The notes: generated by a model not told the origin, from the sequence alone. A stretch of DNA of 64,000 nucleotides from Geosiphon pyriformis uo1 (GCA_016748015.1 JAAOMT010000448.1:1-64000); one strand, 5' to 3'; counted from the first letter of the stretch, positions 24,717 to 38,701 are shown. Made by a program: numbers and translations.

Positions 24717-26307
24717 ATGCCGCTACAATTCTTTACCCAACTTTCCAATAACCTTGGGAAACTACTTGAATATGCGGACGATTTCAACGTCATTGTCAAA
24801 GTTGGAAATCAACCCGAGTTCGCTGTATTTCAAGCTCACTCGATCATCTTACGTGCTCGGTCCGAATATTTTCGTGCCGCATTATCTAGCAACTGGGCTA
24901 AAAAAGAAGGGGAGAGCTTCGTTTTCGAAAAGCCAAATATTTCCCCTACCGTCTTTGATGTAATACTCAAGTAAGGCGAACTATGCAAGTTCCTCTCACT
25001 TGGTCGCCCTGCCTTCATTACTATCTATCTGTTCCGCGTTTTCGTCTTTTTATTTAATGGTACGAGTTTTCGCTTATTTTTTTTTACTTTAATATCAATC
25101 ATACATCAATAGATATATTTATAGTGGTACTATATATCTGGATCAGCAGGAAGGGGATGACATCTTAGAACTTCTCGTTGCGGCTGACGAATTAATCTTG
25201 GAAGAATTGATCGATCCATTGCAAGAACATCTTATGCGAAATATGGAGAAATGGTTAAAAGAAAATCTATTACGAATTCTCGATACGGTGATCCAACGGG
25301 ACGCTTGCGTTAAATTACGAGAACATTGTCTAAATACTCTTTGCCCGGATCCATATCGATTTTTTGAGTCGGAAGATTTTAAAGCTTTGGAGGAAAGCAC
25401 GTTAATCACCCTAGTAAGCCGTGATGATTTGAATATGGATGAGGGACACTTATGGGACTATCTAATTAGATGGGGGGTTGCTAATACTCCAAATCTAAAA
25501 AATGACGTGTCTAAATGGTCTATACGTGATTTTTGGGCATTGAAGATGACCTTGCAAAAATGTGTTCCGCTTGTAAGATTCTGGCAATTATCAGGAGGTG
25601 ATTTTCACGAGAAGGTAAAACCCTTCGAAAAAATATTGACCAATAATTTGAAACTTAGACTTTTACGACATTTTTCCAAATCTCCATTACCTATGCCGGA
25701 ACCACCAAGTCAAGCTTTTCTAATACCTGAAAGAGTCATTGATTCTATTATCATCACTCATCAGCAAGCAGCTCTTATATCGAGTTGGATTGATAAAAAG
25801 TTTATTACGGCAAATACGCCATTTGTAGACTTGTTGCCATCAAAATACTATTTCAAACTGTTATTTCGTGGAAGCCGAGATGGATTTTCAGCGAGAATGT
25901 TTCATAGTCGCTGCGATAATAGGGGAGCTACAATTGTGGTAGTCAGGGTTGAAGATTCAAAAGAGATTATTGGTGGGTATAATCCGATAGGTTGGAGTAG
26001 CCCTCGTGAAGTCGAATGGAAGGGAACAAAAGATAGTTTTATCTTCTCATTAGGTGATTCAAAAGAATTGGACCTTGAAAAGTCCCGGCTTAGTCGTATA
26101 AAACCTGATTGTATGAAAGATGCTATTCAACTACATGAAGGACTTGGGCCTTCTTTTGGTTTTTACGAGTTCAAAATTCTTGACGAGGCACATGAATGCA
26201 AGAGCAGCTATGGCACTGGTGGGCTTCGTTATCAAAACAAAATACGTGAAAAGTGCAATTATTTTGGTGTGGATGACTACGAAGTGTTTCAAGTTGTCAA
26301 AAAATAA
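24717..26307 (+). CDS. BTB/POZ-BACK-TLDc domain protein
   Basis: BTB (FQAHSIILRARSEYFRAALS, KPNISP), intron 24972-25113, BACK-like region (LVSRDDLNMDEGHLWDYLIRWG) and TLDc (FKLLFRGSRDGF..FHSRCDNRGAT..IIGGYNP..DYEVFQV). This architecture is heavily expanded in AM fungi. Confidence 0.9.
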
Positions 26308-27879
26308 TTTGGATTCGCCTATACATATCCAAGGAAAACTTACCTTCCTTTTGATTTTTTGGAAATCTGAGATAGAAAGCGGAATGGAGGAATTTGAGAT
26401 TTCGTTGTTCCAACTCTGGGTCATGGAAAAGAAATTGCGAAACTGTAATATTGACAAGCTTCAGTAAACATTCGATTCTCTCTACTTTACGAAAAGTGTA
26501 GTCGAAGATACAACTTGGTGCCGGAATTCTCTGAGCTGTACTCTTTCCGATTCCATGTGACGACTCATATTTGTATATATTCAAGTTCAGTTTGGCATAT
26601 TTGCAATAACTGTGGATCAAAAAAATCATTATCGCTTTAATTTGTAAATTATAATAATTTTTTCCTCAATTTTTTCGTGTATCATAATAAACCCTTCTAT
26701 CAATCTCATTCTTAAAATTGCAACCAATGATTAATAATACCTCATTTGACAAAGTTGACTAGTAGATCGGATGATATTGAATTCGATCCCATTCGAAACA
26801 AACTCGATTGAAATATTTCTAATTAATTGTGTTACACAATAACGAAATTTAAAATATAAAAATATAAAATAAAAATGGGATAGTATTAAATTAAAAATTA
26901 TATTTATATTTAATTTTAATGAATGCAAAAAAACACATTATTATGTATATTTATATATATAAATAAAAATAAAAATACTTATTAATTATTTAAAATAAAA
27001 ATCAATAAAATATTTTAAACTTGAAAACACAATTATTTGAATATTAAAACAATGTTATATTTGTGTAATTATATTATAATAATATGATTAAATATTTTAA
27101 AAAACACAAATTTTGAATTTTGATAATTGATAATTAGCTAATTATAGTAATATCTTCTTAGAGCTAATTGCACATCCTTTATATTCTGTATGTGTAAATG
27201 ATTTTAAGTTTTAAGTATACTAGAATACTTTTTATAAATACATACATATGACAATTGTATAATAATAAACAATTAAAAATTTAAAATGTTTTGATTGGCT
27301 TGATGGCTAGTAAAAAGTGCGTATATAAAAGCGTAATTATTTAAAAAATTAAAATATTTTAAATAATATTAATATTTACTTGTAATTTTTTTATTTTTAA
27401 AGCTTTTGATTTGTAGATAATAAAATAAACTAATTTAAAACATATGAAAAAATAAATTTTATTTCAAATTATTTGGGTTTAATTTTTTGATAACAATAAT
27501 TGTTTAAACAATTAAATATTTAAAGAATTGATAAAATAATTGATTTAGATAAATATAATAATAAATAAATTGTTAATTCTAAAATGATTTATTTTTTTGT
27601 AAATATTATAATACTAAAATTGTAATCTTAAAATATTGATGTTTTATTCAAATTTTTTTGTACATGTAATAATTTTTCAACTAATTTTTCAAAATTTCAG
27701 AGTTTTTTAATATGAAAGTTTTAGAATGCTGAAAATATTTAAATTAATGGGGTTAAAAAAGTTTTGTTGATCAACAGGTTTGTTTACCGAATTTTGTCAT
27801 CCCCCGACTTTTTATTTGTTAATCTACACAATTGTTTTTCGTTCTAAAAAAAATATATTTTATTTTGTTAAATCCATTA

Positions 27880-28875
27880 ATGGCAGGCAAGGAAGACGAA
27901 TTTTATGTGCGATACTAGTAAGCCATAGATCACAAGGCCAATGGCATTATTTGCATTGATTAAGTTACATTTCCTGAGAGCTCTTCAACCAACGTTTCAT
28001 TTAATTTATGCCTTTTATTTTTTAAGCACTGGTCACATGGGTCGTTATGGGCATGAGTTTCTAGAGTTTGAGTTACGTGCTGACGGTCGCTGTCGTTACG
28101 CTAATAATTCTAATTATCGGAATGACAGCTTGATAAGAAAAGAAAGTATGCTATCGTTTGGTATTTGGGCTGAACACTGTTTCAGCTTGAGGGAAACTAG
28201 ATTTGCTTTATCATGGGAAACATAAAGCACTAAATACCATTTTTCCATCTTCACTTTTTTTGATTGGTGAAATAAAAGTGTACGTAAGTCCTTTAATGAT
28301 GAAAGAACTCCGAAAAATTATTCAGGATAGTGAAATCATGAAGTAAGTAAATTGTCACCTTTTCTTGATCCTCTATATATAGTGTTAAATGTTGAATCAG
28401 ATTAAGTCATTTTTTCTAACTAATCTATACCATAACTTGCTCCCACCCTTTATCTTGTTGGCAATATTAAGGGAAGATGATGCTCGATGGCCCAAAAAGA
28501 ATGTAGTTGGACGTCAAGAACTTGAAATTCGTTTGGGAAATGAGCATATTTCTTTCGAGGCAAGCGATATCGATGAATCTCGTTTATTTTAACAGGAAAA
28601 TGTTTTTTTTTAAAGCTGACTTCATTATCTTCCATTTTCACATATGAACCATTCTGGAAAAAGACAGCAAAAATCGGGTCTCTGGTCGATGTCCAAGAAA
28701 GTGATGATCCAGAAGGTCTCCGTGTGTTTTATTATTTAGTTCAAGACCTGAAATGTTTAGTGTTTTCTTTGATTGGGCTACATTTTAAGGTTCGCCTTCA
28801 TTTATGCTAAAACATCATAAATCATAAATTAATTGCAATTTCTCAAATTCTTTTGGTTAGATCAAACCAATTTAA
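27880..28875 (+). CDS. MAGOH: Exon junction complex core protein mago nashi
   Basis: [52 protein letters not shown]/...[70 protein letters not shown]. Five introns including a GC-AG intron at 28560-28663. Confidence 0.97.
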
Positions 28876-30120
28876 AGTCACCCACGCCAGCACCTTATTA
28901 GAAAATAAAGCCTTATGATTCGGTCCGCTGTTGAGCTTTCACCATTTGAACTCTTGTCCCAATAAAAACAATCATCAGGTAAGAAGTGCTTACAGTAGTA
29001 GGCATCGAGCGAGTAATTATAATATGTAAGGCGTTCATGAAGTCTATTCCCACATAGGGCTAGTACGTACCAGAAACAAAGGAACGTAGGGGGTTTACAT
29101 GGGAATTCAATAACACTGTAATGGATATAGTACAAAATTGAGTAAATCGACCAATCAAATCTATTGACAGGTCCTTATGAGACCACAGGAGATTTTTTAC
29201 CTTCGATAACAAGAGCTTTGATTTATTTTGTTCTCATCTGACACATTGAATCGATTTATTGCAAAATTGGTTGACTGACAGCTCAGATATGAATGAAAAA
29301 CAACTAATGACCAAACTTTCGAACCGAATTATTTCTGCTGGGAGATTCAAGAAGCATACAAGGTTTATCACAGCATTGTAATCTCTAGAGTTACAATACA
29401 GAATGCGGCTATCGTCAGCTGCTGACACCGATCAAGAATTGTTTGAGCAAACATCGATTTTAATGATTAATTGGTTTCGGGAAAATTTTCTCATGAAATT
29501 TTTCTTATAGAAAAAAGCTTGTGGTGGAGGAACGCCATGAGAAAACTCAAGAGCTTAATGGAAATAAATATTTTAACCAAATTAAAAAACCTGATTATAA
29601 CCCAGTAAGAGAAGTAAAATTCAAAATTTAATCAATATTAATTAAAAAATTTATTTTATTAATTGTTGAATTGATAATATTTTAAATAAAATAAGTGAAT
29701 TTTATTTATTTATTCAATTTGATTAAAAATTTATATACTTAATTATTTTTTTGAATGATTAATAAAATGTGAACCAACTACTATCTATTTACATAATACT
29801 TCAGCATTATAATAAAATTATTAAGTATTAAATATGTATAATAAAATTAATTAATTAAAATTTTTAGTTTGTATTAAAAAAAATTATTTTAGAATATTGA
29901 AACAAGTTTTTAAAAATTTTATTATTAATTAAATTAAACAAATTCTGATTTTAATTAATTGACAGTTAAACATATTAAAATAAATTAGATGAAATTTAAT
30001 AAAAAATAACTGATTGTTATTAATAAAATTTAAACAAATGAATTATTGTTAATTTGTTAAGATATAATAATTTACTGTCAACCTTTTACTTTCATCAAAA
30101 TTTTGCAATATTGAAATATT

Positions 30121-30122
30121 AC

Positions 30123-30156
<34 letters not shown>

Positions 30157-30208
30157 TTTATTTTATTTTTATTATTATTTTTATTATTATTATTTTTATT
30201 ATTATTAT
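30121..30208. repeat. (ATT)n imperfect microsatellite at the tail of a LINE 3'-end relic (30221-30340)
   Basis: Long attattatt run directly adjacent to a GC island similar to the LINE 3' motif. Confidence 0.7.
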
Positions 30209-31306
30209 TGAATGCTTTTACAGATTGTAATCCGTCCATTTACGTGACATAGAAATCTGAAGACTTTATATAAATGTGGCTCACGCGTTTTTCCAATGTG
30301 AGTAGCCACTCGTGCCAGTCCCGGAATCGTTTCTTAGTTTCCTCCTTACATTTTGAATTATTTTATTGATTGAACATTACATTTATTAAATATTTTTTAA
30401 ATTATTTATCAATATTTAAATATATTTCAATTATTTTTAATAATTATAAGAATTTAATTTACATTAATAATAACATGTTTTTTAGCTTTCAGTCAGCTAA
30501 CCTATAAAAATGAAAAACAACATAATTAATTTAAAAATAATTTCCTATTTTGGTATTAACAAATCCAGAAAATTCTCATGTAAAGGAATTTTGGGAATTT
30601 GAAACAACACAATAAATTCACATGTCAAATGATTCGCCCAAAACAATTCGATTAAACTAACGTGGAAAAGTTTTCATCTAACTTGTTTAAACATGAATCT
30701 CATCATCATCAAGGGACAAGAATAAAAAAAATATACAATTTTTTGTTTTTCGAAATATGTTGCTGATTGAGAGCCAATTAAATAAGCTATTTGATCATAG
30801 GGAATTGGCTGGGTATATTGAAAAGTTTATTTTCTTGGTGCCAGTAATTCGTCATTAAAGTGAGGATTTTATATAAATTTTTCCGAGTTTTATTAGCAAC
30901 AAAAATGTATTTTGGTACAACAAACAATAACACTTTGGGGATCGTAACTTATCCAAGGGTAAAAGTTAATACAAGATAGGAAACTCTTGTCCGACATTAA
31001 GCATTTGCCTTGTGTCCCTCGGTGTTCTATTGACTGTTCAACCGTTTAATTGTGTATCAGCATCATAAATAAAAAGTAACAAGACACCATTTACAGTTTT
31101 CATTCTTGTGAGTTTTCCTTTGCTGGGAAAACTTCGCTCGGAATTTGTAACAAAAAAACTCACCTTTTTCTCAGGAAAACTTAAAAAAGTTACTTTATTT
31201 TCTCATAGCTTGTTCCAATATCTTTTTTAACATAGACAGAAAAAACTTTTCAAGATTTCTTTTTCAATACCAAATTATATTCCACCCAAGCCTTCCCCAA
31301 ATCAGA

Positions 31307-33462
31307 ATGTGGAGAAGATTTTTTCAAAAATCAAGTGAGGAGAACTCTATTCGAGCATTACAACAGCAGAATATACAGCATATTTCAGCTGAAGATGAAG
31401 CATTGGCTGATTATGTCGATACAAAAATTATATATCAAGCCGGTAAACTTTTTTATTATTAATGATTTTAAAGATCTCTCTTTTATTCGCAAAATTTTAA
31501 CCAAACTGTAAAAATTATTTCTTCTTTCCAAAAGGTGTTGACTTTGAAAGTAAACCGATGGTTGTGATTTCTGCTTGTAACTTCCCGGATCCTTCAGAAG
31601 TGGATTACAATAGAATTTTGAGGTAGGTCCCTTTGTTTTGCATTGCCTATTTATCAGATTTTTAAAAGTCAAATTAAGCTCTTTTTTTCGATATGTTCAG
31701 TCGAATTCTACGTAAACTCGACCTGTTCGTCGAAAGTGATTATACAGTGGTATTTTTCGCAGGCGGAGCACAACATCGTCCTGGGTGGGCTTGGATTTTT
31801 AAAGCTTATAAAAGCCTTAGTCGAAAGTGGGTCATTTATTTGTCTTTATATTAATTTTATTTATTATTAAATGAATTTCTTAAATATCAATTGTGAAAGG
31901 TACAAGAAAAATCTCAAAAATCTATATATAGTTCATTCTTCTACATGGGCTCGTGTATTGCTTGATGTAATGAACATTATCATAAGGTATATTAAGGAGT
32001 ATTATATCTCTGAAATTAGAGAGGGTTAAATTTTCTGATCAAAATTCATCCAATCTCTTATTCTAGCCCAAAATTTTCCCGAAAAGTTAAATACATTCCA
32101 TCACTGTCAAAACTGGCCCTTTACGTTCCAATAACTCAAATGGAAATACCTCCACTTGTTTATACGTACGTATATATATTTGAATTACTTCGAAGCAATA
32201 TTCAGTATTTCTAAAATTGTCTTTTCCTCTTATTATCAGATATAATATGAATTTCGAGGAAGAAATAACTTTTCAATCTACCTCTAGAAATGGCGAAAAT
32301 GGGCCGTTAATGTTTGGTGTTCCAATTGAGTTACTAATGGGATCTGAGGGTGAAAAAGGGCTACCAAGAGTGGTTAAAGATTGTGTAACTTTTTTGAGAG
32401 CAGAGGGTAGATGTCGATTTAATTAATTATATTGTTAATACTATGGAGGTTTCCTGAGAATAAATATTAATGCTAAGCATGTTTACCATGAAACAGGTTT
32501 AGAAACTGAGGGCATATTTCGAAGATCTCCAAATTCCGTTTTATTGCGACAAGCAAGAGAAGCATACGATCGAGGTTTGTTGTTTCTCTTCATAAAAGGG
32601 TCCATTCTATTTTCTAATTTTTTTCCATATATAATGAAAAAAAAATTTCTTTTTAGGAAATCCTATTGATCTCGAAGATTATGGTGTTCATGTCGCAGCA
32701 GTTTTATTAAAGATGTTTTTTGCACAATTACCTGTATCCGTTTTTCCGGTTTCATTATATGATACCTTGAGACAAATTAGATTGAAAAATGGGCACTTTG
32801 AACGGATCGAATTTATCCGCGATACACTTTTCCCCTTATTACTACCCCCTGTAGTTATCCTTCTTCACTATGTCTGCTCATTACTTTATGATATATCGAA
32901 ACATTCGAGCGTTAATCGCATGACGCCATATAACCTCGCAGCAATGATGGCACCAAATTTAGTACACAGCGGAAATCCTTTATTGGACGTTAGTATGTGT
33001 GTCCTTAGCACGGATAATAATTCGGGGGGTGGGGTCGGTGTTTTTATGAAACTTGCCATCGAACACTTTGAGCTTATGTTTGAAGGTATCGAAGAGCCAA
33101 AAGATCGTATCAGAGATCTTGTTGATAGTGGGACCGCATCAACTAACTCCTCGATTACTAGCACATTTACCGAACGTACCTATTCCTCTACCAGTCCACC
33201 ACCATCTATTAGTAATTCATCTAGTCCTCCGAAATATCCCTCCATTCGTCGAATGCGAGGCCTTTCTTCCATATCAACATCACCAAACACGCCTTTTGGT
33301 AGTCTCCGAGTAGGAGCTGGTGTAGAGATTAGTGGGTTAATTGTTAATGGAATGGTTACTAATAGCCCTCCGAGAACTCCATTTTCCGAGGAACCAGGTT
33401 CACCAAAATCCTTAACCTCAATTGATGGATTACGAAAAGCTGTGCCCCGGGCTTCTCTTTAA
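31307..33462 (+). CDS. CRAL-TRIO/BCH + RhoGAP protein (ARHGAP1/Cdc42GAP-like)
   Basis: Spliced: IIYQAGVDFESKPMVV..LDLFVESDYTVVFF..KYKKNLKNLYIVH..ISPKFSRKV (BCH); FGVPIE..LPRVVKDCV..GLETEGIFRRS (arginine finger)..NRMTPYNLAAMMAPNL; S/P-rich tail. Confidence 0.9.
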
Positions 33463-34025
33463 TACGGTTGACATTTAGAAAATATTTTCAGAAATTCAAT
33501 GAAATTCTACTTGATCATCATCCTGTTTCCTTTTGTTATTATGTATCATATTTTTATTTTGTATATTTTTTCCAACTCCAATCCAAAATATATAAATTTA
33601 TTTGTCTCTACAGATCCCAATTTCTATCTATTATTTTAACGAACATCAAAATATTCAAGTATTACGCATTATCAAATACAGATGACATAAAAGGTTTGAA
33701 CGCTATTTGTGAACTTTTTTAAAGTCTGACTATTTTAAAAAAGCTTTATCAGCTAAACTATAGTTTCAATTCTCAAACCCACAAAAATATTAGAAAATTG
33801 AAACATAAACTAGTCAAGTATAACAAAAAAGTAGATAATTGTTTTGCGTTAAATTTCCGCGGGTTTATTTTTCCATTTTCTTGGTCATGCAATTTGGGAA
33901 TTATGATGAGTGAAAAAATTTTAAAAATCATCTTTTTTTCACAATTCTAATGTCAAGAATTTAAGCCAGGCTATGAACCAAAGAGATTCTTATACGTATA
34001 ATTAATTAATGTCTTAATGTATAAA

Positions 34026-34854
34026 CTAAACTTTTATGTTTCGATTATCTTGGTGTGCAATCGCGACAAATTTAGTGTGGCGTCCTTGTGCGATTAATTT
34101 TCCCGTTTCTTTGTTTCGAAGATCAATGGTTGTGAATGCAAGTGTTTTGCCAACTTTTACACATTCAGCATCCTATTGTTTTAAATAGTAAAAGTAATCG
34201 ATCACTCAATTATAAAAGACAAGAGTTATCAAAAGATTTGATAATCGGTAAGAAATATTTACAATCTTCAAAACCTCATTCAAATTTGCTGGGTTTATAA
34301 AAGTTACATTCAAATCGGTACTAACGCCAGTCGAAAATAATCCTTTGGATGCAATGGCCAACGAACCTCCAACATCGACTATGGTAGCCGTTACACCACC
34401 ATGAAGACCCAAGAGACGATTCTTGGGATAATTTTGCCAAATTTAGTTCCTTAATATTTTATGAATCAGATTATGGTTGTAACTTACTAGATGATGTTTC
34501 TCAATTGGCAATTCAAAAGAGACTTTGCCTTCAATAACATTCGTTATGGTTAACTTCCGATTCCGCCAAAAAGGTAAATTTGATGAATTTTTTTCATCAA
34601 GAAAGTTAAAATCTTTAACCCACGAAAATTTACAACTGCAATCTTGAATATTGTGCGCAAAATTTTTGAATTTTATCCAAACTTGAATTTGTATTCTCTC
34701 GAAAGGGTTAAAGATCAAAAAACCTATTAAAAAGTCAAACTTAAAATAATGGAACCTTATCCAAAGCAATCACGTCAAATCCTCCTGAAGCACGAAAATC
34801 CTGCCAAACTGACCGGACGAGTGATAATAATTTACTTGTACCTACCGATGTCAT
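34026..34854 (-). CDS. Hotdog-fold acyl-CoA thioesterase (ACOT13/THEM2/PaaI family)
   Basis: NRLLGLHGGVTATIVDVGGSLAIAS, GVSTDLNVTFINPA, KVGKTLAFTTIDL and LIAQGRHTKFV motifs. The exact 3' end is uncertain (possible extra micro-exon to ~33971). Confidence 0.88.
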
Positions 34855-35601
34855 TATATTACACTTTCTAAAATTTTTAATCTTGAAAAAAATAAAGATT
34901 AAGTTAAATTAAAAATATTAGAAATTCGATGATTCTAAGAACGCCATTAGTATTGAATTGATCAATTTATAACAATTCAGGACACAAAAACCCTAAACAA
35001 CCATGCCGAAAAAACCAAAATGATCATCATTTGATCGTTAGCAAGCAGGAATCATGCAAAGTAATCTATCTAACCATAGTCATCGTAAAAAAGGTGGAAA
35101 TTTTACTTTGATGTTAAATTATGATATCAGTCTATTTCCCAAGAATAAATTGGACAGGCAATCGACAAAAAAGATCGTTTTCTGTCCACTTTAGGAAATT
35201 TGCTCATTTAAAAGTGCCTATTAACACAGTCGCCCAAAACGGTAAGAGCAGAATTTCAACTTTTTCAGTTAGCTACGGCCTTGGGTGCTTCGGTTTCATG
35301 ATTGTCGTGTGTAACCAAGAAACATTGCAAAAAGTGACTGATTATCAAGTTAAAAAGATTACTGCGCCTTTTGAAAACAATTATTTTTATATTTTATACA
35401 AGAAATTTTAAATACAAAAAGGTAAAAGAAAGCTCGACATCCACTAGCTTCCGACTTTCTCACTACCTTTACCCTCTCTAAATTTCTTTCAAACCATGGA
35501 AATGTGAAATAGTTGTAATTGGACTGACCTAAACAATTATTTATCTTTCAAATCAGTTTTCAATCATTTAATTCTTTGATCAACGTTAAATTTCCTTCAT
35601 C

Positions 35602-38600
35602 ATGGCCCATTTACTGCACAATGACTGGCAAGTTACGGATTCGCAAAAACGTTCGGAAGAATCTTCTGGACGTTCGAGCTCTTCCGTATCAGTGCCGCAA
35701 CAGTCAGCTATAGGGTCCTCACGTCGACCCATGATCTTTTCTAGTGATTTAAATGTGATGCCAGTTCGAACCCAGTCCGCGGAACAAGACCTGGCATTTC
35801 GTCGACCCCGCCAAAATATCTTTAATGGGCGGCAGAAATGGCCTCAACAAGAGTTACCGCGTCGAACACAACAATCTGCTCCTGAGCTACAACAATTAGA
35901 GCACTTAACACTTCGGCAAGGTTATATTGGAAAACCAGCATTGCACCAAAATTTGATTCACTCTCAGAAACCATGGCCAACAAGTAGACAAAGTCAGGCT
36001 TTATCGCAGGTTAACAGAGAACAAATTCCACAATCTAGAGCAGAAGCAGTAGATAAAATAACGCCTTCATTTCAACATCAACCGTCGACAAATCGAAGAA
36101 ATAATTTACCCTCTTTTACCTCAAATCTTCAACATCCAACTCTTCGTCCGTCAAAGACCATGTTGAAATGCCAAAAATGGTCCGAATCCAGCTTAAACTA
36201 CAATCACACTCAACACCAATGGTCCCCTCATCCGAGAGGACTCTCATATAGTGAGCTTCAATGGCAAGAACGGGGAAATCGCTCCTATGGAGCATCTTAT
36301 TTCCACTCTAAACGGCCGCCATATCACAATTCAATAACTCCAACTGTCCGTAAAAAAGATAACCATTTGAGCAGATCTCAATCTCAAGTTGCCAAAGGTT
36401 CACATCGACAATCCATTAATATAACTAATCTCGAGATAAAACAGCAAGGAAAAAGTTTGCTTGAAATAGAACACCTAAGAAAAGATGAAACTTTCGCGTC
36501 TTTGAAAACTTCCAATAATCGAGTAAAAGCTGCACCAGCTAAATTAAAGGCTTCTATGCATCTGACGAGAAGACGTCCTCACAGCACAACTTCAACTCAA
36601 AAAGTACGAATAGCCAAGGAGTTAATGTTTTATTTATTACCAATAGCTTCATATATTAATATTTTGAGCATATTGTGCTTAGATTGTGTCAGAGACATCT
36701 TCGGCTGAAGGTGATTCAAAGAGTGATGCAGAAATAATATTGAAAAGTGGAGAGTCACAATCAGATGATGCAATTGAAGCTGACGAAGAAACTTTATCTG
36801 ATTTGGAAACATCCTCTGTCTCTGGTTCGTATGATGAATATGAAAATGGGTCATTTGACGAAGAAGAGGTTTTGTTGAAACATATCTCTTCCGAAGATCT
36901 GGTTGTCGAAGCCCTAAATGACCTTGAGTTGACACATAGCCTTGACATACAAGTGAGTTCTCAAAACGGAATTGCAAGTTATTTCCAGATTTAAAAGACG
37001 AACTAATTCAAAAGCAATACCATTTTTAGAGTTTAACCGGATCCCAAGTTGTTGATAATTCCAAGAATGAGATTTCTCATACAACTTCTGGCAAGACTAG
37101 TTCAAATAGAGACGAAGAGACCGAACAAGATGATTCTTCGAACTCGGAAATTAAAAATCGAGGCTTGCAAAAATTTAATCGTCGATCACGCAGATTATTC
37201 CCATACTCTCAAAATTTGAATCCAATTGGATATCGACCAGGACCTGAGCCTTCAGGTGTTCAGGAATGGAATGATGGCTACTACTGGTCACCGTACGGTC
37301 AAAGAGGAAACCCTAAAAGTAGGCAGAGAGGAAAAAGCCCAAATAAAGATTCTTATGAAACTGCAAGGAAATCATCTAAAGAAGAAACTTTTCTTGTTAA
37401 TATCGTCTTCAAGGCCTGTGAAGTGTAAGTGCTTAAAAAATTTTGACTGAAATTTTTCTGGATCTAATTTATGAATTCTTTTATTGATAGCCTTGGTATT
37501 GAAGGCAGGTTATTCTCACAAAAACCACCGAATAAGTTCAACCGTCACACTGCACTTCTTCGTATTCCAATCTTCAAGAAATCATTCGGTGCTCAAGATG
37601 AAAGACGTGAAATTGTCAGAGAAATCGTTGCCGAAATGGCAATGTCGGTATTTCTATTTTTTTGTCATTTTTAACTCTTATTCCAATACCTATAATTTAA
37701 AATTCTTGTTCTGAATCAAATGTAGAGATCATTTTCGTCGGGGCATGCCAGAAGTTCTTAAAAAGGTTTTAGAGGCGATGGGAAGCGATATTGAAGAGCT
37801 GAACCAATATTGTACAATCTATCAAGATCAAAAATATGAGAGAAACGAAGGCCCTGAAATTCGAGAAAGCGATGAAATGGGAAAATTGAACACTTTTGAT
37901 TCAATTAACGGATCAGAAAAAGCACAGGAGAACGGAAAAGAAAGTCCAGATTTTGTTCCTACTCCAACTACTGGAGTTTTTGCTTCACATTCTGACATAT
38001 CAGGAATCGCCGAGGTTCGAGCGAATGAGGAACAAACCGAAAAAGATCTTACTAGTCCTGAGATTTCTGAAGATAAGCAAATCAGCGTTCATCTCGTGCC
38101 TTTAAAGTCCGACAAGAATTTGGCGTCAGAAAGACATGTTTTAGCAAACTTGGATATGGAATTCGGTCAATCTAACAATATAAATCCCACCTCAGAGCAA
38201 CCAGAAATTCCGAAAAAATCGAACTTCGAAAACAAAAATTATTCAGAAATCCCTTTCTGTGATATACTCCCAAGTATTCCTGAAGAAAATTCGAATAAAA
38301 GTCAACAAGAAAGTGGTACAACTATTGAAAGGGAAAATGCTTTCGTCAAGCAGGCCACTATGAATTTAGAATTCCAGCAAGGAGAAAATGTTGAGCAACT
38401 TTCTAGTATGGAGCCGAACCAAAGCTTTTATAACATTATAAAAGCTGTCAATTTGGAAAACCCAAGTGCAAAATTTCACAACTTCGAACTCTCGGAAACA
38501 AGAGAGCAAAAAGCAAAAGACAATTTGCTTGAACAACTTCAAATTGAAGAGCCACCTAGCTCTTTACATAGAGATTCCGGTTCTCCATTGGACTCGAAAT

Positions 38601-38701
38601 CAGACGAAATATCCCATTTGGGGCTAAATATAGCTGAGCACAAAAAAACCCAACAGAAACAAACAGAAATCAACCAAGGACGAGAGTTTTACCAAGTCTA
38701 A
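35602..38701 (+). CDS. Large, mostly disordered hypothetical protein (4-5 introns)
   Basis: Long ORFs 35602-36604, 36683-36953, 37031-37424, 37491-37647 and 37728-38701 separated by GT-AG introns. Q/S/R-rich N-terminus, acidic middle and C-terminus, and a small possibly folded core (FLVNIVFKAC..LGIEG..REIVREIVAEMAM). Confidence 0.7.

Noticed and set aside
29390-29430. RNase P RNA, suggested by the ACAGAATGCGGCTATCGTCAG similarity to CR-V/P1
   Set aside because: No complementary CR-I (GGAAnGUCnG-type) partner upstream, and the enclosed length is too short. Kept only as an unnamed structured candidate.
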